DNA of 64,000 nucleotides from a bacterium (GCA_037131105.1 JBAXRQ010000002.1:94100-158099), one strand, 5' to 3'; shown: positions 8,695 through 18,448, numbered from the stretch's first letter. The notes: generated by a model not told the origin, from the letters alone. Translations and numbers: made by a program.

Positions 8695-9276
8695 CTAGAC
8701 AGTGTGCATGATGTAGAGGAATGCCCCGACTGCGGCGGCGGCCATAAGCACGATAAGAACCGTCATGAGAACAGTCATCAGCCAACCACCACCTTCTTTA
8801 GCAGGTACTACCGGTGCCTGAGGTTGGGCCGCATCGGAACTAGCTGGCAATAGCTTCATCAACATAGCCTGGGACTGCTCGGCCCGTCCCCGCCAGACGC
8901 CAAGCTCCTCGCGAGCCTGAGAATGCTTGACCACTTCATCATTGTATTTGTCCTCGTACATGTCGGCCTTCTTCTGCCAATACTCATGGGCAGCGCCTGA
9001 CTCACCGGCCACTGCCACCCGGATGGCATGGGTAGGAATCGAAGCCGGCTCTGTAGCATCAGACTCCTCGTCCACAGGAACGCTCTCAGGCTTGATTTCA
9101 ATTGGAGCACCGCTGTAGAAGGCGCGTACCTGGTCAGGATCCACCATGTAAATAAAGCCGGTCAGGGTCTTCTCCTTGTGAAAAGGAATCTTGCCCGCTT
9201 TGATCAGGCGACGCAGGGTGACTTCTGATTTGCCAGCCGCGGCGGCGGCCCGGTCCAGCTGCATGAGTTCGGCCAT
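8695..9276 (-). CDS. Helix-turn-helix (MerR/excisionase-type) DNA-binding protein with a C-terminal transmembrane anchor.
   Basis: N-terminal LMQLDRAAAAAGKSEVTLRRLIKAGKIPFHK is an excisionase/MerR-type HTH. Hydrophobic C-terminus (WLMTVLMTVLIVLMAAAAVGAFLYIM). Start placed at internal MAELMQLD (ORF-track start at 9348 is probably too long). Confidence 0.6.
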   Translation of the reverse strand: MAELMQLDRAAAAAGKSEVTLRRLIKAGKIPFHKEKTLTGFIYMVDPDQVRAFYSGAPIEIKPESVPVDEESDATEPASIPTHAIRVAVAGESGAAHEYWQKKADMYEDKYNDEVVKHSQAREELGVWRGRAEQSQAMLMKLLPASSDAAQPQAPVVPAKEGGGWLMTVLMTVLIVLMAAAAVGAFLYIMHTV

Positions 9277-9340
9277 GGGTAGTAAAAGACTAGGCTTGAA
9301 TAGAACTAGTATAACGAATTCGAGCCACCTGAGTATACAC

Positions 9341-11935
9341 TCAGCCAATCAGCTGCCCGGACTCCTCAGGTGCGGCTGGCACTGGCGCCTCCTCTACCCT
9401 CTGTACACGAAATATTGAGCGCATGGTCTGTTGGTCGACGGCAGCGAGCAGCTGGGTAAATAGCCGATACCCCTCGGACTTATAAGCTACGAGCGGATCA
9501 TTCTGGGCATAGCCCTGCAGTCCGATACCGGTGCGCAACTCCTGCATGGTGTTGAGGTGCTCGACCCAGAGCAGGTCAATGGTACGCAGGTAGATGCTCC
9601 TTAGTACGTTGCCAAAGTGTTCGCCGAACTCGGTCTTCTTGCTGGCGTAGACCTCTTCAAAGAGATGACTGAGCCGTCCCTCCACTGCCGCGTCGCTCTG
9701 AAAGTCATCGAGCTCCTTATGCAGCACCTGGACAGCCTGGTCAGAAAGACCCAGCATGGCATGGACATCGCGGGACAGCTGTTCCAGATTCCATTCGTGC
9801 TTACCGCCGGAGGCGTGTACACCAGCCAAATGACGGGCCTCGCCGGCCATAGCTGCCTCCACCAGACTCTCGATCTCCTCATTGTTCTCAGCAGCAGCCA
9901 CCAGGGCCTTGCGCCGGCGCTTGTAGATCACCTCGCGGTGGCGGTTCATGACGTCGTCAAACTGGACTAGACGCTTTCGCATGTCAAAGTTATGGCCTTC
10001 CACCTTCTTCTGGGCCGACTCGATGGTACGGGAGATCATCTTGTGCTCAATGGCATCGTCGTCAGGAACGCCCATGACATCCAGCCAGTGCTTCATCCGC
10101 TCACCACCAAAGATACGCATCAGATCATCGTCGGTAGAAATGAAGAACTGGGAGGAACCGGCGTCACCCTGGCGTCCAGCCCGACCGCGCAGCTGGTTGT
10201 CGATACGGCGGGATTCGTGGCGCTCAGTACCCAATACGTGCAGGCCACCTAGCCTCAGCACCTCATCGTGGGCCATCTGCCAATCGCTGTGAGCCACTTC
10301 GTAACCTGCAGCGGTGTCGAAATCAGCCCTACGTGGAGGGACGCCACCCAACATGATGTCCGTACCTCGACCGGCGAGGTTCGTGGCGAGGGTGACGGCG
10401 TTCTTGCGGCCAGCCTGGGCAATGATATGGGCCTCGCGCTCGTTGTTCTTGGCATTGAGGATCTCATGCTTGATGCCCCCCTTCTTCAGGGCCTCGGCCA
10501 GCCGCTCATTCTTCTCAATAGAGATAGTACCGATCAGAATAGGCTGTCCAGCCTGATGACGCTCCTTGATGCTGGCTACCAATGCCTTAAACTTGCCCTG
10601 CTCGCTCTTGTAGATCTGGTCGGGCAGGTCCTTGCGCACCATAGGACGGTTCGTAGGAATCGGGATAACCTCGAGTCCGTAGATCTTAATGAACTCCTCT
10701 TCCTCAGTCTTGGCGGTACCGGTCATACCTGAAAGCTTGGTATAGAGGCGGAACAGGTTCTGGAATGAGATGGTCGCGAGCGTATCGGACTCGCGCTGCA
10801 CCTTCACGCCCTCCTTGGCCTCAATAGCCTGGTGCAAACCCTCACTGTAGCGGCGTCCGGGCATCAGGCGGCCAGTGAACTCATCTACGATGACCACTTC
10901 CCCCTCCTGCACCACGTAGTCCTTATCGCGGCGGAAGAGGATGTTGGCCTTCAAGGCTTCTTCAAGATGATAGGCCAGCGACATTTCTTGGCCGGCATAG
11001 ATATTCTCCACGCCCAGCCACTCCTCCATCTTGGCAAGGCCCGACTGGGTAAGGGAAACTACCTTGTCCTTCTCATCCACCGTATAGTCGTCCTCAGCCT
11101 TCAGACGGGGCACCAGCCTTGAGAACTGTACGTACATGTCAGCCGACTCTTCGGCAGGCCCGGAGATAATAAGCGGGGTACGAGCTTCGTCGATAAGAAT
11201 GGAGTCCACTTCGTCGACAATGGCGTAGAACAGCTCGCGCTGCACCAGGTGTTCCTGGGTGGGCGCCATATTGTCACGCAGGTAGTCGAAACCGAACTCG
11301 TTGTTAGTACCGTAGGTAATGTCGCAGGCGTAGGCCTCCTTGCGGCTGACCGGCACCAGCTCACCCTCCTGGTATTTTAGGGCAGTATCATGCACCACTA
11401 TGCCGACGGTCAGGCCCAAGTAGTCATAGACGGGTCCGTAGTCCTCTACCGCCTTCTTGGCCAGGTAGTCGTTGACGGTGACCAGGTGGACGCCGCGGCC
11501 GGCCAGTGCATTTAAGTAAAGTGGCAAGGTAGCGACCAAGGTCTTACCTTCACCAGTCTTCATCTCAGCAATGTTTCCCAGGTGCAGGGCAATGCCACCC
11601 AGCATCTGGACGTCGAAATGCCGCTGGCCCACCGTCCGCTTGGACGCCTCACGCACGACGGCGAAGGCCTCAGGCAAAATGTGACTGAGGGAGGCATTCA
11701 CCTCTTTTTTCTCGTTCACCCGGTCAGACATCTCCAGCATGGCCAGAGGGTCATGCTCATTCTTGGAAAGGCGCTCCTTGGCCTTTTCCCTGAGCTCGGC
11801 GGTCTTGGCCTTCAGCTTGGCATCAGAGAGCGCAGCCAGTGGCTCCTCGAAAGCATTAATCGCATCGAGAGTCTTCTTATGCTGCTTGAGGAATGCTTTG
11901 GAGCTGTCACCAGCCAACCGATCCAATAGGTTCAT
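9341..11935 (-). CDS. secA: Preprotein translocase ATPase SecA.
   Basis: 864 aa. MNLLDRLAGDSSKAFLKQHKK N-terminus, DEAD-like motor motifs, preprotein cross-linking and wing/scaffold regions recognisable throughout. Confidence 0.95.
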   Translation of the reverse strand: MNLLDRLAGDSSKAFLKQHKKTLDAINAFEEPLAALSDAKLKAKTAELREKAKERLSKNEHDPLAMLEMSDRVNEKKEVNASLSHILPEAFAVVREASKRTVGQRHFDVQMLGGIALHLGNIAEMKTGEGKTLVATLPLYLNALAGRGVHLVTVNDYLAKKAVEDYGPVYDYLGLTVGIVVHDTALKYQEGELVPVSRKEAYACDITYGTNNEFGFDYLRDNMAPTQEHLVQRELFYAIVDEVDSILIDEARTPLIISGPAEESADMYVQFSRLVPRLKAEDDYTVDEKDKVVSLTQSGLAKMEEWLGVENIYAGQEMSLAYHLEEALKANILFRRDKDYVVQEGEVVIVDEFTGRLMPGRRYSEGLHQAIEAKEGVKVQRESDTLATISFQNLFRLYTKLSGMTGTAKTEEEEFIKIYGLEVIPIPTNRPMVRKDLPDQIYKSEQGKFKALVASIKERHQAGQPILIGTISIEKNERLAEALKKGGIKHEILNAKNNEREAHIIAQAGRKNAVTLATNLAGRGTDIMLGGVPPRRADFDTAAGYEVAHSDWQMAHDEVLRLGGLHVLGTERHESRRIDNQLRGRAGRQGDAGSSQFFISTDDDLMRIFGGERMKHWLDVMGVPDDDAIEHKMISRTIESAQKKVEGHNFDMRKRLVQFDDVMNRHREVIYKRRRKALVAAAENNEEIESLVEAAMAGEARHLAGVHASGGKHEWNLEQLSRDVHAMLGLSDQAVQVLHKELDDFQSDAAVEGRLSHLFEEVYASKKTEFGEHFGNVLRSIYLRTIDLLWVEHLNTMQELRTGIGLQGYAQNDPLVAYKSEGYRLFTQLLAAVDQQTMRSIFRVQRVEEAPVPAAPEESGQLIG

Positions 11936-11939
11936 AGGA

Positions 11940-12365
11940 GGTTCTGTATAGGAGAAAGTTGCATTCGTATGATAGCCGTTCCTACAGAAAAGCGCAAAGG
12001 AGAAGGACAGGTAAGGTCAACGCCCCAAAACAAAACGAAGGCCCGATGATCTGGGTCCTTCGTTTAGAGGTGCTCGGCCGTAGCCAGGCACCGAGACTTT
12101 CACACCAAGTTGGGATCGGGTCTCCACTCTGGACCAGCACTTCTTAGTACTGGCACCTCAACCAACAAATGCTGGTGGTCGCGCCTGGGACGCCATACCC
12201 TTCGAACACTCAGGCTGAAGGCCCTTCCACTGCCCTGAGCACTCCAGACGTACCTTTGCTGCCGGTTTGCTACGATTGCCCCACCGCGATGCGGTTGGGC
12301 ATGTGCTGCTCCTGCGGGTTTCCCCGCAATCGTTACTGCGATTTTCACTTTGTCCTCCCCAATAT
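11940..12365 (-). ncRNA. rnpB: Candidate RNase P RNA (rnpB-like) directly upstream of secA.
   Basis: Seen in sequence (minus strand): AGGGCAG; GGUGCCAG-UACUAAGAAG-UGCUGG hairpin; GGUGUGAAAGUC followed by CUCGGUGCC..GGCCGAG..CACC hairpin; and ACAGAACC near the 3' end. Each resembles a conserved block of bacterial RNase P RNA (AUAGGGCAGG, GGUGCCAGGUAACGCCUGG, GGGUGAAA..GGUG..CACC, ACAGAACCCGGCUUA). Extensive nested stems (ACGATTGC/GCAATCGT, CCACCGC/GCGGTTGG, GCGGG/CCCGC) occupy a 550-bp intergenic region with no credible ORF. Boundaries approximate. The 5' P4 strand (GGAAAGUCCGG) is not cleanly present, and the 3' end would abut the secA start codon. Confidence 0.4.
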
Positions 12366-12492
12366 ACGTCCCTTAGCTACGGAACGATTGCCTCTTGTAT
12401 AGCAGGAAATCCGAATAATGTCAATGCCGGAGTTGCCTCATGGGCTACAAACGTTTAAGGCCCCGGCAACAATGCCAGGGCCTTACGTAAAA

Positions 12493-13086
12493 TCACTTTC
12501 TTCTCGCGCTCCTTGTTTCCCAGAGCTCAAAGCTCTTCATGACGTCTTCTAAGTCTGGGCCAACTTTGGCAACGCCAGCGAGGCTGGCCTTACGGAGTAG
12601 GAGACCTAAGATGTGCAACTCTTCAGCTTCCTGAGCGCTCAACACGTCTTGAGACGGCTTGAGTTGCTTTGCTAATGCCCCCCTCTCCTCTGGAGGACAT
12701 TCCTCTAACTGCCTGCATTTCTCCCAATACATCCCTACTTTAACAAGCAGCTCCTCAATTCTCGGCATGACCAATGACTGTATTCTAGTAAACTCGTCAC
12801 TCCGGTCCAGCTTCAGGTATACGGCATCGTTCCCCGTAATCAGTGCCTCAGCGATAACCGGCTGGTCGCCACTGAGAAATTGGGCCCTATCCGGATAAGC
12901 AGAAGAATCTGCATCCCCCTTAGGGAGCCTTGGGAGAAGAGAGCCATGGCAAAGCTCTAGGTGGTGAAGATTGGGAAGGACGATTTGTATCCCCCGATCG
13001 ACTACCTCCTCCTGCTTGCCGTTCTTGATCACATAGATCGTAGCGCCTCCTGGCAGTCTCGACATTAATTCACCCCTTTCAATCAA
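12493..13086 (-). CDS. Hypothetical protein in a locally lower-GC segment.
   Basis: 197-aa ORF (start may be the internal MSRLPGG...). No family recognised. Composition visibly more AT-rich than the flanking secA/serS. Confidence 0.4.
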   Translation of the reverse strand: MIERGELMSRLPGGATIYVIKNGKQEEVVDRGIQIVLPNLHHLELCHGSLLPRLPKGDADSSAYPDRAQFLSGDQPVIAEALITGNDAVYLKLDRSDEFTRIQSLVMPRIEELLVKVGMYWEKCRQLEECPPEERGALAKQLKPSQDVLSAQEAEELHILGLLLRKASLAGVAKVGPDLEDVMKSFELWETRSARRK

Positions 13087-13155
13087 AATACAAAACAGAG
13101 ACGATCATACAGCATCGTCCTCGCTAAGTCAATCACTCCTGATCAAAAAGGACTC

Positions 13156-14448
13156 TTAGTCCCGCTTCCGGATCTCGCTAAAGCCGGTATAGGGAATCAG
13201 CACCTCAGGAATAGCAATGCTGCCATCCTCGCGCTGGTTGTTTTCTAGAATAGGTATCAGGATACGGGGCGAGGCGAAGGCCGTAGAGTTCAGGGTATGC
13301 ACAAACTCGGTCTCCCCCGTCTGGTCGCCCCCCACCCTACGGAAGCGGATGCCCAGGGTACGGGCTTGGTAGTCGGTGTCATTGGAAGCCGAGCAAGTCT
13401 CGCCGTACTTATCCATGCCGGCCATCCAGGTCTCGACGTCCCATTTCTTAGCCTGGGGCGTGCCAAGATCACCGCCGCAATTCAGTACTACCTGGTACGG
13501 CAGGCCAAGCTTCTGGAGCAAGTCTTCGTGCAATGAAAGCAGCAGCTCGTGCTCTTTCACCGTATCGTCAGGGCGGGCATAGGAGAACATTTCCACCTTA
13601 TTGAACTGGTGTACCCGGTAGAGACCGCGGGTCTCTTTGCCGTAGGTGCCAGCCTCTCGACGGAAGCAGGCGGAAATACCAGCGTAGCGCAGAGGTAGCT
13701 CGGACTCGGAGAGAATCTCGCCGGCATGGTAGTTGGCCAGGGCGACTTCAGCAGTACCGGCTAGGTACAGTCCGTCCCGGTCCACCTTATAGGCGTCGCC
13801 GTCCTGCTCGTCCTCGGGAGCGGCAAAATGACCGGCCCCGTACATGGCCTCGGCTCTTACCAGGTCTGGCACCGACAGCAAGGTAAAGCCCTTGGCCTTC
13901 AAGGTGTCGAGAGCCAGGCGCAGTACCGCCTGCTCCAGGATGACCAGCTCATTCTTCAGATAATAGAACTTAGCACCGGAGACCTTGGCCGCCCTTTTGG
14001 TGTCCAGCAGGTCGAGCTCCTCGCAGAGCACCTCGTGATCTTTGGGGGTAAAGGCGAAGGCAGGCTTCTCCCCCACCGTCTTTACGACTACGTTCTCCTT
14101 GTCGGAGGCACCCTCTGGCACGTCCTCAGTAGGAAGGTTGGGGATCTGGCGCATAAGCACCGTCCAGGACTCGTCCAGAGCGGTCAGGCGGTCCTTGTCG
14201 GCCTTAATGGCATCAGACAGCTCCTTGAGGTCGCCACGCAGCTTCTCGCGATCCTCAGGCGTCGCCTTGGCCATCTCGTTACTGGCCTGGTTCTGCTTGG
14301 CTTGGCGGGTCTCACTTTCCTGACGCAGGGATTTACGCTCAGAATCGACGGTCAACAACCGGTCGACCAGGGAAGGGTCGCCGTGTTTCTTGGTAATGCC
14401 GGCCTTTACCAGGTCGGGATTGTCGCGAATGAGCTTGATGTCGAGCAT
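13156..14448 (-). CDS. serS: Seryl-tRNA synthetase.
   Basis: MLDIKLIRDNPDLVK N-terminal coiled-coil arm and class II aaRS motifs in the C-terminal catalytic domain (…FRRE…, GSALA-like motif 3 region). 430 aa. Confidence 0.95.
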   Translation of the reverse strand: MLDIKLIRDNPDLVKAGITKKHGDPSLVDRLLTVDSERKSLRQESETRQAKQNQASNEMAKATPEDREKLRGDLKELSDAIKADKDRLTALDESWTVLMRQIPNLPTEDVPEGASDKENVVVKTVGEKPAFAFTPKDHEVLCEELDLLDTKRAAKVSGAKFYYLKNELVILEQAVLRLALDTLKAKGFTLLSVPDLVRAEAMYGAGHFAAPEDEQDGDAYKVDRDGLYLAGTAEVALANYHAGEILSESELPLRYAGISACFRREAGTYGKETRGLYRVHQFNKVEMFSYARPDDTVKEHELLLSLHEDLLQKLGLPYQVVLNCGGDLGTPQAKKWDVETWMAGMDKYGETCSASNDTDYQARTLGIRFRRVGGDQTGETEFVHTLNSTAFASPRILIPILENNQREDGSIAIPEVLIPYTGFSEIRKRD

Positions 14449-14519
14449 AGAGAGACGTTAATCCTGCGGGATATGTCTCATACTAGCCGATTCCTTTCCA
14501 GGTGTACAGATCAAAAAAA

Positions 14520-14556
14520 GGTGCCGAGCCTTGCGGCGCAGCACCTTCCCTAGAAA
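14520..14556 (-). terminator. Intrinsic terminator on the minus strand.
   Basis: Minus strand reads AAGGUGCUGCGCCGCAAGGCUCGGCACCUUUUUUUGAUC: 7-bp outer stem plus inner GC stem followed by U7. Confidence 0.5.
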
Positions 14557-14920
14557 CATACGAGAACATTTTAACTACCGGGATGACCCCGCCTGAAGGC
14601 TTCTACACCAGGCTGAGGTCTCCCAGGTCTCTCACGTCGGGAGAGACAGTCCGATCAGCCTGGCACCGGGGCTGTACATCCGGCCTTTTTATCGTGTCGC
14701 ACAAGCAAGCACGAAGGAGCAAGGGAATTTAAGAATCGATCGGAGCCTCTGACACATCCTGGGCGGCTGTCAGTACGTCGTCACCGGCAAACCCGTGCTA
14801 GCACACAATGAAACGTGAGCGTTCACCGCTCGAGACGGGTGGGGTGAGTAAATGACTCACCCGCACTCGAGACGTGAACTGTCCTAATCTATGGGCCTCC
14901 TTCCCGGCCCCGTCACATCC

Positions 14921-15310
14921 TTACTTGCGGAAGCAGATTTCCTTGCTCCCCCGCATAAGGTGCACACCCCAAATGTGCAGCTCCACCGGGTGCTTGAGAT
15001 CCGGATAAACGACATCCTGCTGGATGGTCCGGGTATACGTGCGTCGGTCCTTCAGGACGTACGTATCCACGAACCACGGCAGAAGATCATGTTCATCCGG
15101 TTCCGCCTGGAGCCAGACTTCGGCCATCTGGATGCCGCGGTAGTCCATGACCGTCCGGACCCGCTCGAACGGAGCCGCACTCCACTCCTTGTAAGGGAGG
15201 GGGTGGGCCGTCGGCTGGTTGGCACGGTGGACCGCCACAGCAAGAATGACGAAAAGGATGGCCCCGGCGAGGTACGACGCGATTTTCTGAAAGGTATTCA
15301 TAACTATCAT
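14921..15310 (-). CDS. Small membrane-anchored hypothetical protein.
   Basis: 129 aa with one N-terminal hydrophobic helix (IASYLAGAILFVILAVAV). No family recognised. Confidence 0.4.
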   Translation of the reverse strand: MIVMNTFQKIASYLAGAILFVILAVAVHRANQPTAHPLPYKEWSAAPFERVRTVMDYRGIQMAEVWLQAEPDEHDLLPWFVDTYVLKDRRTYTRTIQQDVVYPDLKHPVELHIWGVHLMRGSKEICFRK

Positions 15311-15693
15311 TTCTCCTGCGTACTGGCCCGCCGGCTCGAATTTTCAAACTATTGAGTCGCTTTCAGCGCTCAGGATGGATACTTAGTAGCCTAAGGAACG
15401 CACCCGAACCCGGAACAGCGCTACAAGCGAAACCTGGCGACCAGCAAGCGTCTCAAGGCGGGGTACATCACTACACGCAGTGGATGATCGCCCGAATTCC
15501 TATTACTTGGCGGATTGTCAGTCGTTATCAGGTCTCGCTCGTTTGCAGGAAGAGTTATATCATTTTGATTTATATTTGTCAAGTATATTTGAAAGGTAAA
15601 TATAAAATAGGAGAATTTATAAGGTTAAAATACTATCTTTTTTACTTTCATTTCAAATTGAATATGGACAAAAGCTATTATTTGTGTCATACT

Positions 15694-16494
15694 ATGAGCA
15701 TGGTAAAAATCACTACTTTCCTCAAGCGCATCGGCCTCAGTGACAAAGAGGCGATCATCTATGAGTATCTCCTGAATAAGGGAGAGCTCTCGGTTGCTGA
15801 GCTGAGCCAAGTCAGCCAGCTTAAGCGCGGTGACCTCTATAACGTCCTCTATAGCCTCCGCGACCGCGACCTGGTACAGCAGGTGGACCGCGGACGTAGC
15901 TCCACCTTCTCGGTCACTGACCCTACCCTCCTGAAAAACCAGATCGAGGTACAAAAAGACCGCCTGGCCGAGGCGGAGGCAGCTACCAGCGTCCTCCTCC
16001 CCAAGCTGGTATCCCAGTACACCATCACCTCAAACCGGCCCTCTGTGCGTTACCTCGAAGGACTTCCCGGACTGATAAGCGTCTACGACGAGCTCTTTGC
16101 ATCCAAGGAAAAGGAGTTCCTTCTTCTGCGCTCGGTGTACGACAATACGACCCCGGAGATTTCCGAGGTCATCAACCAGATGGTTGAACGTCAGATCGCC
16201 CAGAAGATGAAGGTGCGCCTGATTGCCCCCCTTGAGGAGAAGAGCAAGCGACGCTACCTGGTCACTGACAAGGAGCGCGGCATCGAGCGTCGCATCGTGG
16301 AGGAAAGCCAGCTCCAGTCCCCCGCCCAGATCATGATCTGGGGTGACTGTGTCGCCATTATTTCCCTGAAGGGCCATACCGTTATTACCCTCATGGAGAA
16401 TGCCGACATCGCTCAGACCTTCCGCAATATGTTCACCTATATGTGGGAAAAGGCCGAGCCTTACCACGATAAGGTAGTGAAGAGTTGGAAATGA
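15694..16494 (+). CDS. TrmB-family HTH transcriptional regulator.
   Basis: Start placed at ATG 15694 (MSMVKITTFLKRIGLSDKEAIIYEYLLNKGELSVAELSQVSQLKRGDLYNVLYSLRDRDLV), downstream of a strongly AT-rich promoter-like stretch (15540-15690). N-terminal winged-HTH of TrmB type. The ORF-track start at 15352 runs through the AT-rich region and is too long. Confidence 0.7.
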   Translation: MSMVKITTFLKRIGLSDKEAIIYEYLLNKGELSVAELSQVSQLKRGDLYNVLYSLRDRDLVQQVDRGRSSTFSVTDPTLLKNQIEVQKDRLAEAEAATSVLLPKLVSQYTITSNRPSVRYLEGLPGLISVYDELFASKEKEFLLLRSVYDNTTPEISEVINQMVERQIAQKMKVRLIAPLEEKSKRRYLVTDKERGIERRIVEESQLQSPAQIMIWGDCVAIISLKGHTVITLMENADIAQTFRNMFTYMWEKAEPYHDKVVKSWK

Positions 16495-16498
16495 TACC

Positions 16499-18448
16499 CT
16501 ACGACGATTTGTGAGTCGTCTCTTTCTTGCTGTCCCTGTGTGCAGGAGAAGCTTTCTTCCTGCCTCTTTTCCATAGAATCAGACCGAGGACTGCGGCAAG
16601 CGCCGCTACGGCGAGTACTCCCGCAAGTATCCACCAGATATACCCTTTGCCTGACTGATTCGTGAGCCCGCTGCCGACCACCTTGAAGTCAAATACGTCC
16701 TGCTCATCAGGCTGAGCCACCGTACTCACCGTTATTTTGTGCGTACCGCTGGGAAGGGTGGCCGCATCGACTGAATAGGTCCACTCCCCCTTGTCATCGG
16801 CAGTCACCGCATAGCTTTTTACTGTGCTATAGACCCGTATAGTAACCACCTCATTCGGCTGGGCAGTACCGTTCAGCAGAATGGGCTGTGAGGTTTTCAC
16901 CTGCACATTCTTTCCTACGCCGGCCTCATAGGTTGCCGCACCGACCTTAACTCGTATGGCAGCCAAGGGAGGCGGGGCACCCTCAGGTACAGTACTGGCC
17001 TCAGGAGTAGCAGCGGGTATAGGTGTCGCCTTAGTTCCTGGCTTGGGTGTGGCAGTTGGCTTGGGAGTGGCAGTTGGCTTTGAGGAGGTCTTGGGAGTAG
17101 GGTTAGCCCCTGAAGCAGGAGTACTCGCGGCGGTCGGGGTGGCAGGTGCCACCACCGGAGGAATGCCTATATAGGCGAGCCTGGTACTCAGCAGCACATC
17201 CCAACGATGAGCCACCTCGCGCTGTCCGGCCTGATTCCAATGGGTGCCTTCCCTTCTCCAGGCAAGATCAATCAGGTCGTCACTGTCTACTCCAGGAAAT
17301 ATGTCCTGGCCGTTTATTACTTCATTCTGAGCCTGGCGGATCACTTGCATGGCTGCCAGGTCCGCGGGACTTGTGTTCACAGTTGCACCGGCGGTAGCGA
17401 AATAAGTGCTGTGAGAGACATACCATGGCACCGTCCAGCCGGAATCGCGACGGGAGGCATTGATGAGGTCCATGATCCCTGCCTTGTAGGCGTCCTTCGA
17501 GGTCTTAAGGTTGGCATCGGCCTCGCCCTGGACCCAGAGAATACCCCGCACCCCGTTCTTGCCAAAGTAGTCCAGCCCCATCTTCATACGGTTGCCATAC
17601 AGGTAATAGTCGTCTGGCGTCCAGTTGTGGACTCTTGGCTGATGGGTCACCGAGGTACCACCTTCAGCTATCGAAAGGAAGCCTATGGGCACGTGGAGGC
17701 TGGCTTCGAGATTAGCACCTACTTGGGACCAGATAGAGCCATTAACGACCTGGGGCTGGCTGGGAATGGGCTGGGTGCGAATATTGGGCTGTGGCTCATT
17801 AGCTTTTTCCCATCCTCGGTCAGGCTGGCCGGGGTAGAAGCCGGCTATAGTTATACCGTCGGCAGTCTGGGTCCCTTCCCCCCGCCAGGCAGACACACGG
17901 TCGGAAGTAGTGGCCATGTAGCTGCCTGTATTGGCGGCATTTGACTGCCCTGCCGTAATAAACACCTCGCCCACACCGACCCGGTCGACCTGGGCGCTGG
18001 CGGCGGTCACGCCACTGCGTGTCGCCCTCACCTCTACGGAATACCAGCCTCCCGCTGTCATCCTCAGACTTCCAGAAAATGAACCGTCTGATGCGGTAGT
18101 AGCCACCTCCGTCCAATCGGTACCCACCCCCTTCTGCCCCGACATGACGGTGGAACGAGCCTCCACCCTGAGGCCAGCCGGGCTGCTGCCGGCAAAGGAT
18201 CCCTTGACCGGGACCAGCGCATAGTTACTATCATTTCGCTGAACCACCTCTCGGGCCTGGGGATACTTGATGCTTACGCTGCTGCCCACTGAGAGATCGA
18301 TGGCATGGCTACGTCTGGCAAGATAGCCGTAGGTTCCCAGTGCCGTCAAAGCGAGCAGCAGAATGACGGGTCCCGCTATCCTGAGAACACTTCGCGGCAC
18401 GGTGACGTGGTTCATCCTGAGAATTCGCTTACAGATGTAATGTCTCAA
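16499..18448 (-). CDS. Cell-surface carbohydrate esterase: SASA-family (sialate O-acetylesterase-like, SGNH-type) domain flanked by Ig-like domains, with a Pro/Thr linker and C-terminal TM anchor.
   Basis: GQSN nucleophile block (ITAGQSNAANTGS) and ILWVQGEAD block typical of the SASA/DUF303 family. PTATPKPTATPKPGTKATP linker. C-terminal hydrophobic helix followed by KRGRKK. Confidence 0.7.
   Translation of the reverse strand: MRHYICKRILRMNHVTVPRSVLRIAGPVILLLALTALGTYGYLARRSHAIDLSVGSSVSIKYPQAREVVQRNDSNYALVPVKGSFAGSSPAGLRVEARSTVMSGQKGVGTDWTEVATTASDGSFSGSLRMTAGGWYSVEVRATRSGVTAASAQVDRVGVGEVFITAGQSNAANTGSYMATTSDRVSAWRGEGTQTADGITIAGFYPGQPDRGWEKANEPQPNIRTQPIPSQPQVVNGSIWSQVGANLEASLHVPIGFLSIAEGGTSVTHQPRVHNWTPDDYYLYGNRMKMGLDYFGKNGVRGILWVQGEADANLKTSKDAYKAGIMDLINASRRDSGWTVPWYVSHSTYFATAGATVNTSPADLAAMQVIRQAQNEVINGQDIFPGVDSDDLIDLAWRREGTHWNQAGQREVAHRWDVLLSTRLAYIGIPPVVAPATPTAASTPASGANPTPKTSSKPTATPKPTATPKPGTKATPIPAATPEASTVPEGAPPPLAAIRVKVGAATYEAGVGKNVQVKTSQPILLNGTAQPNEVVTIRVYSTVKSYAVTADDKGEWTYSVDAATLPSGTHKITVSTVAQPDEQDVFDFKVVGSGLTNQSGKGYIWWILAGVLAVAALAAVLGLILWKRGRKKASPAHRDSKKETTHKSS

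Noticed and set aside
11940-12490. tmRNA (ssrA) in the secA-upstream gap.
   Set aside because: No tRNA-like acceptor/T-arm ending in CCA and no tag-peptide reading frame ending in a stop could be found on either strand. RNase P-like blocks fit better.
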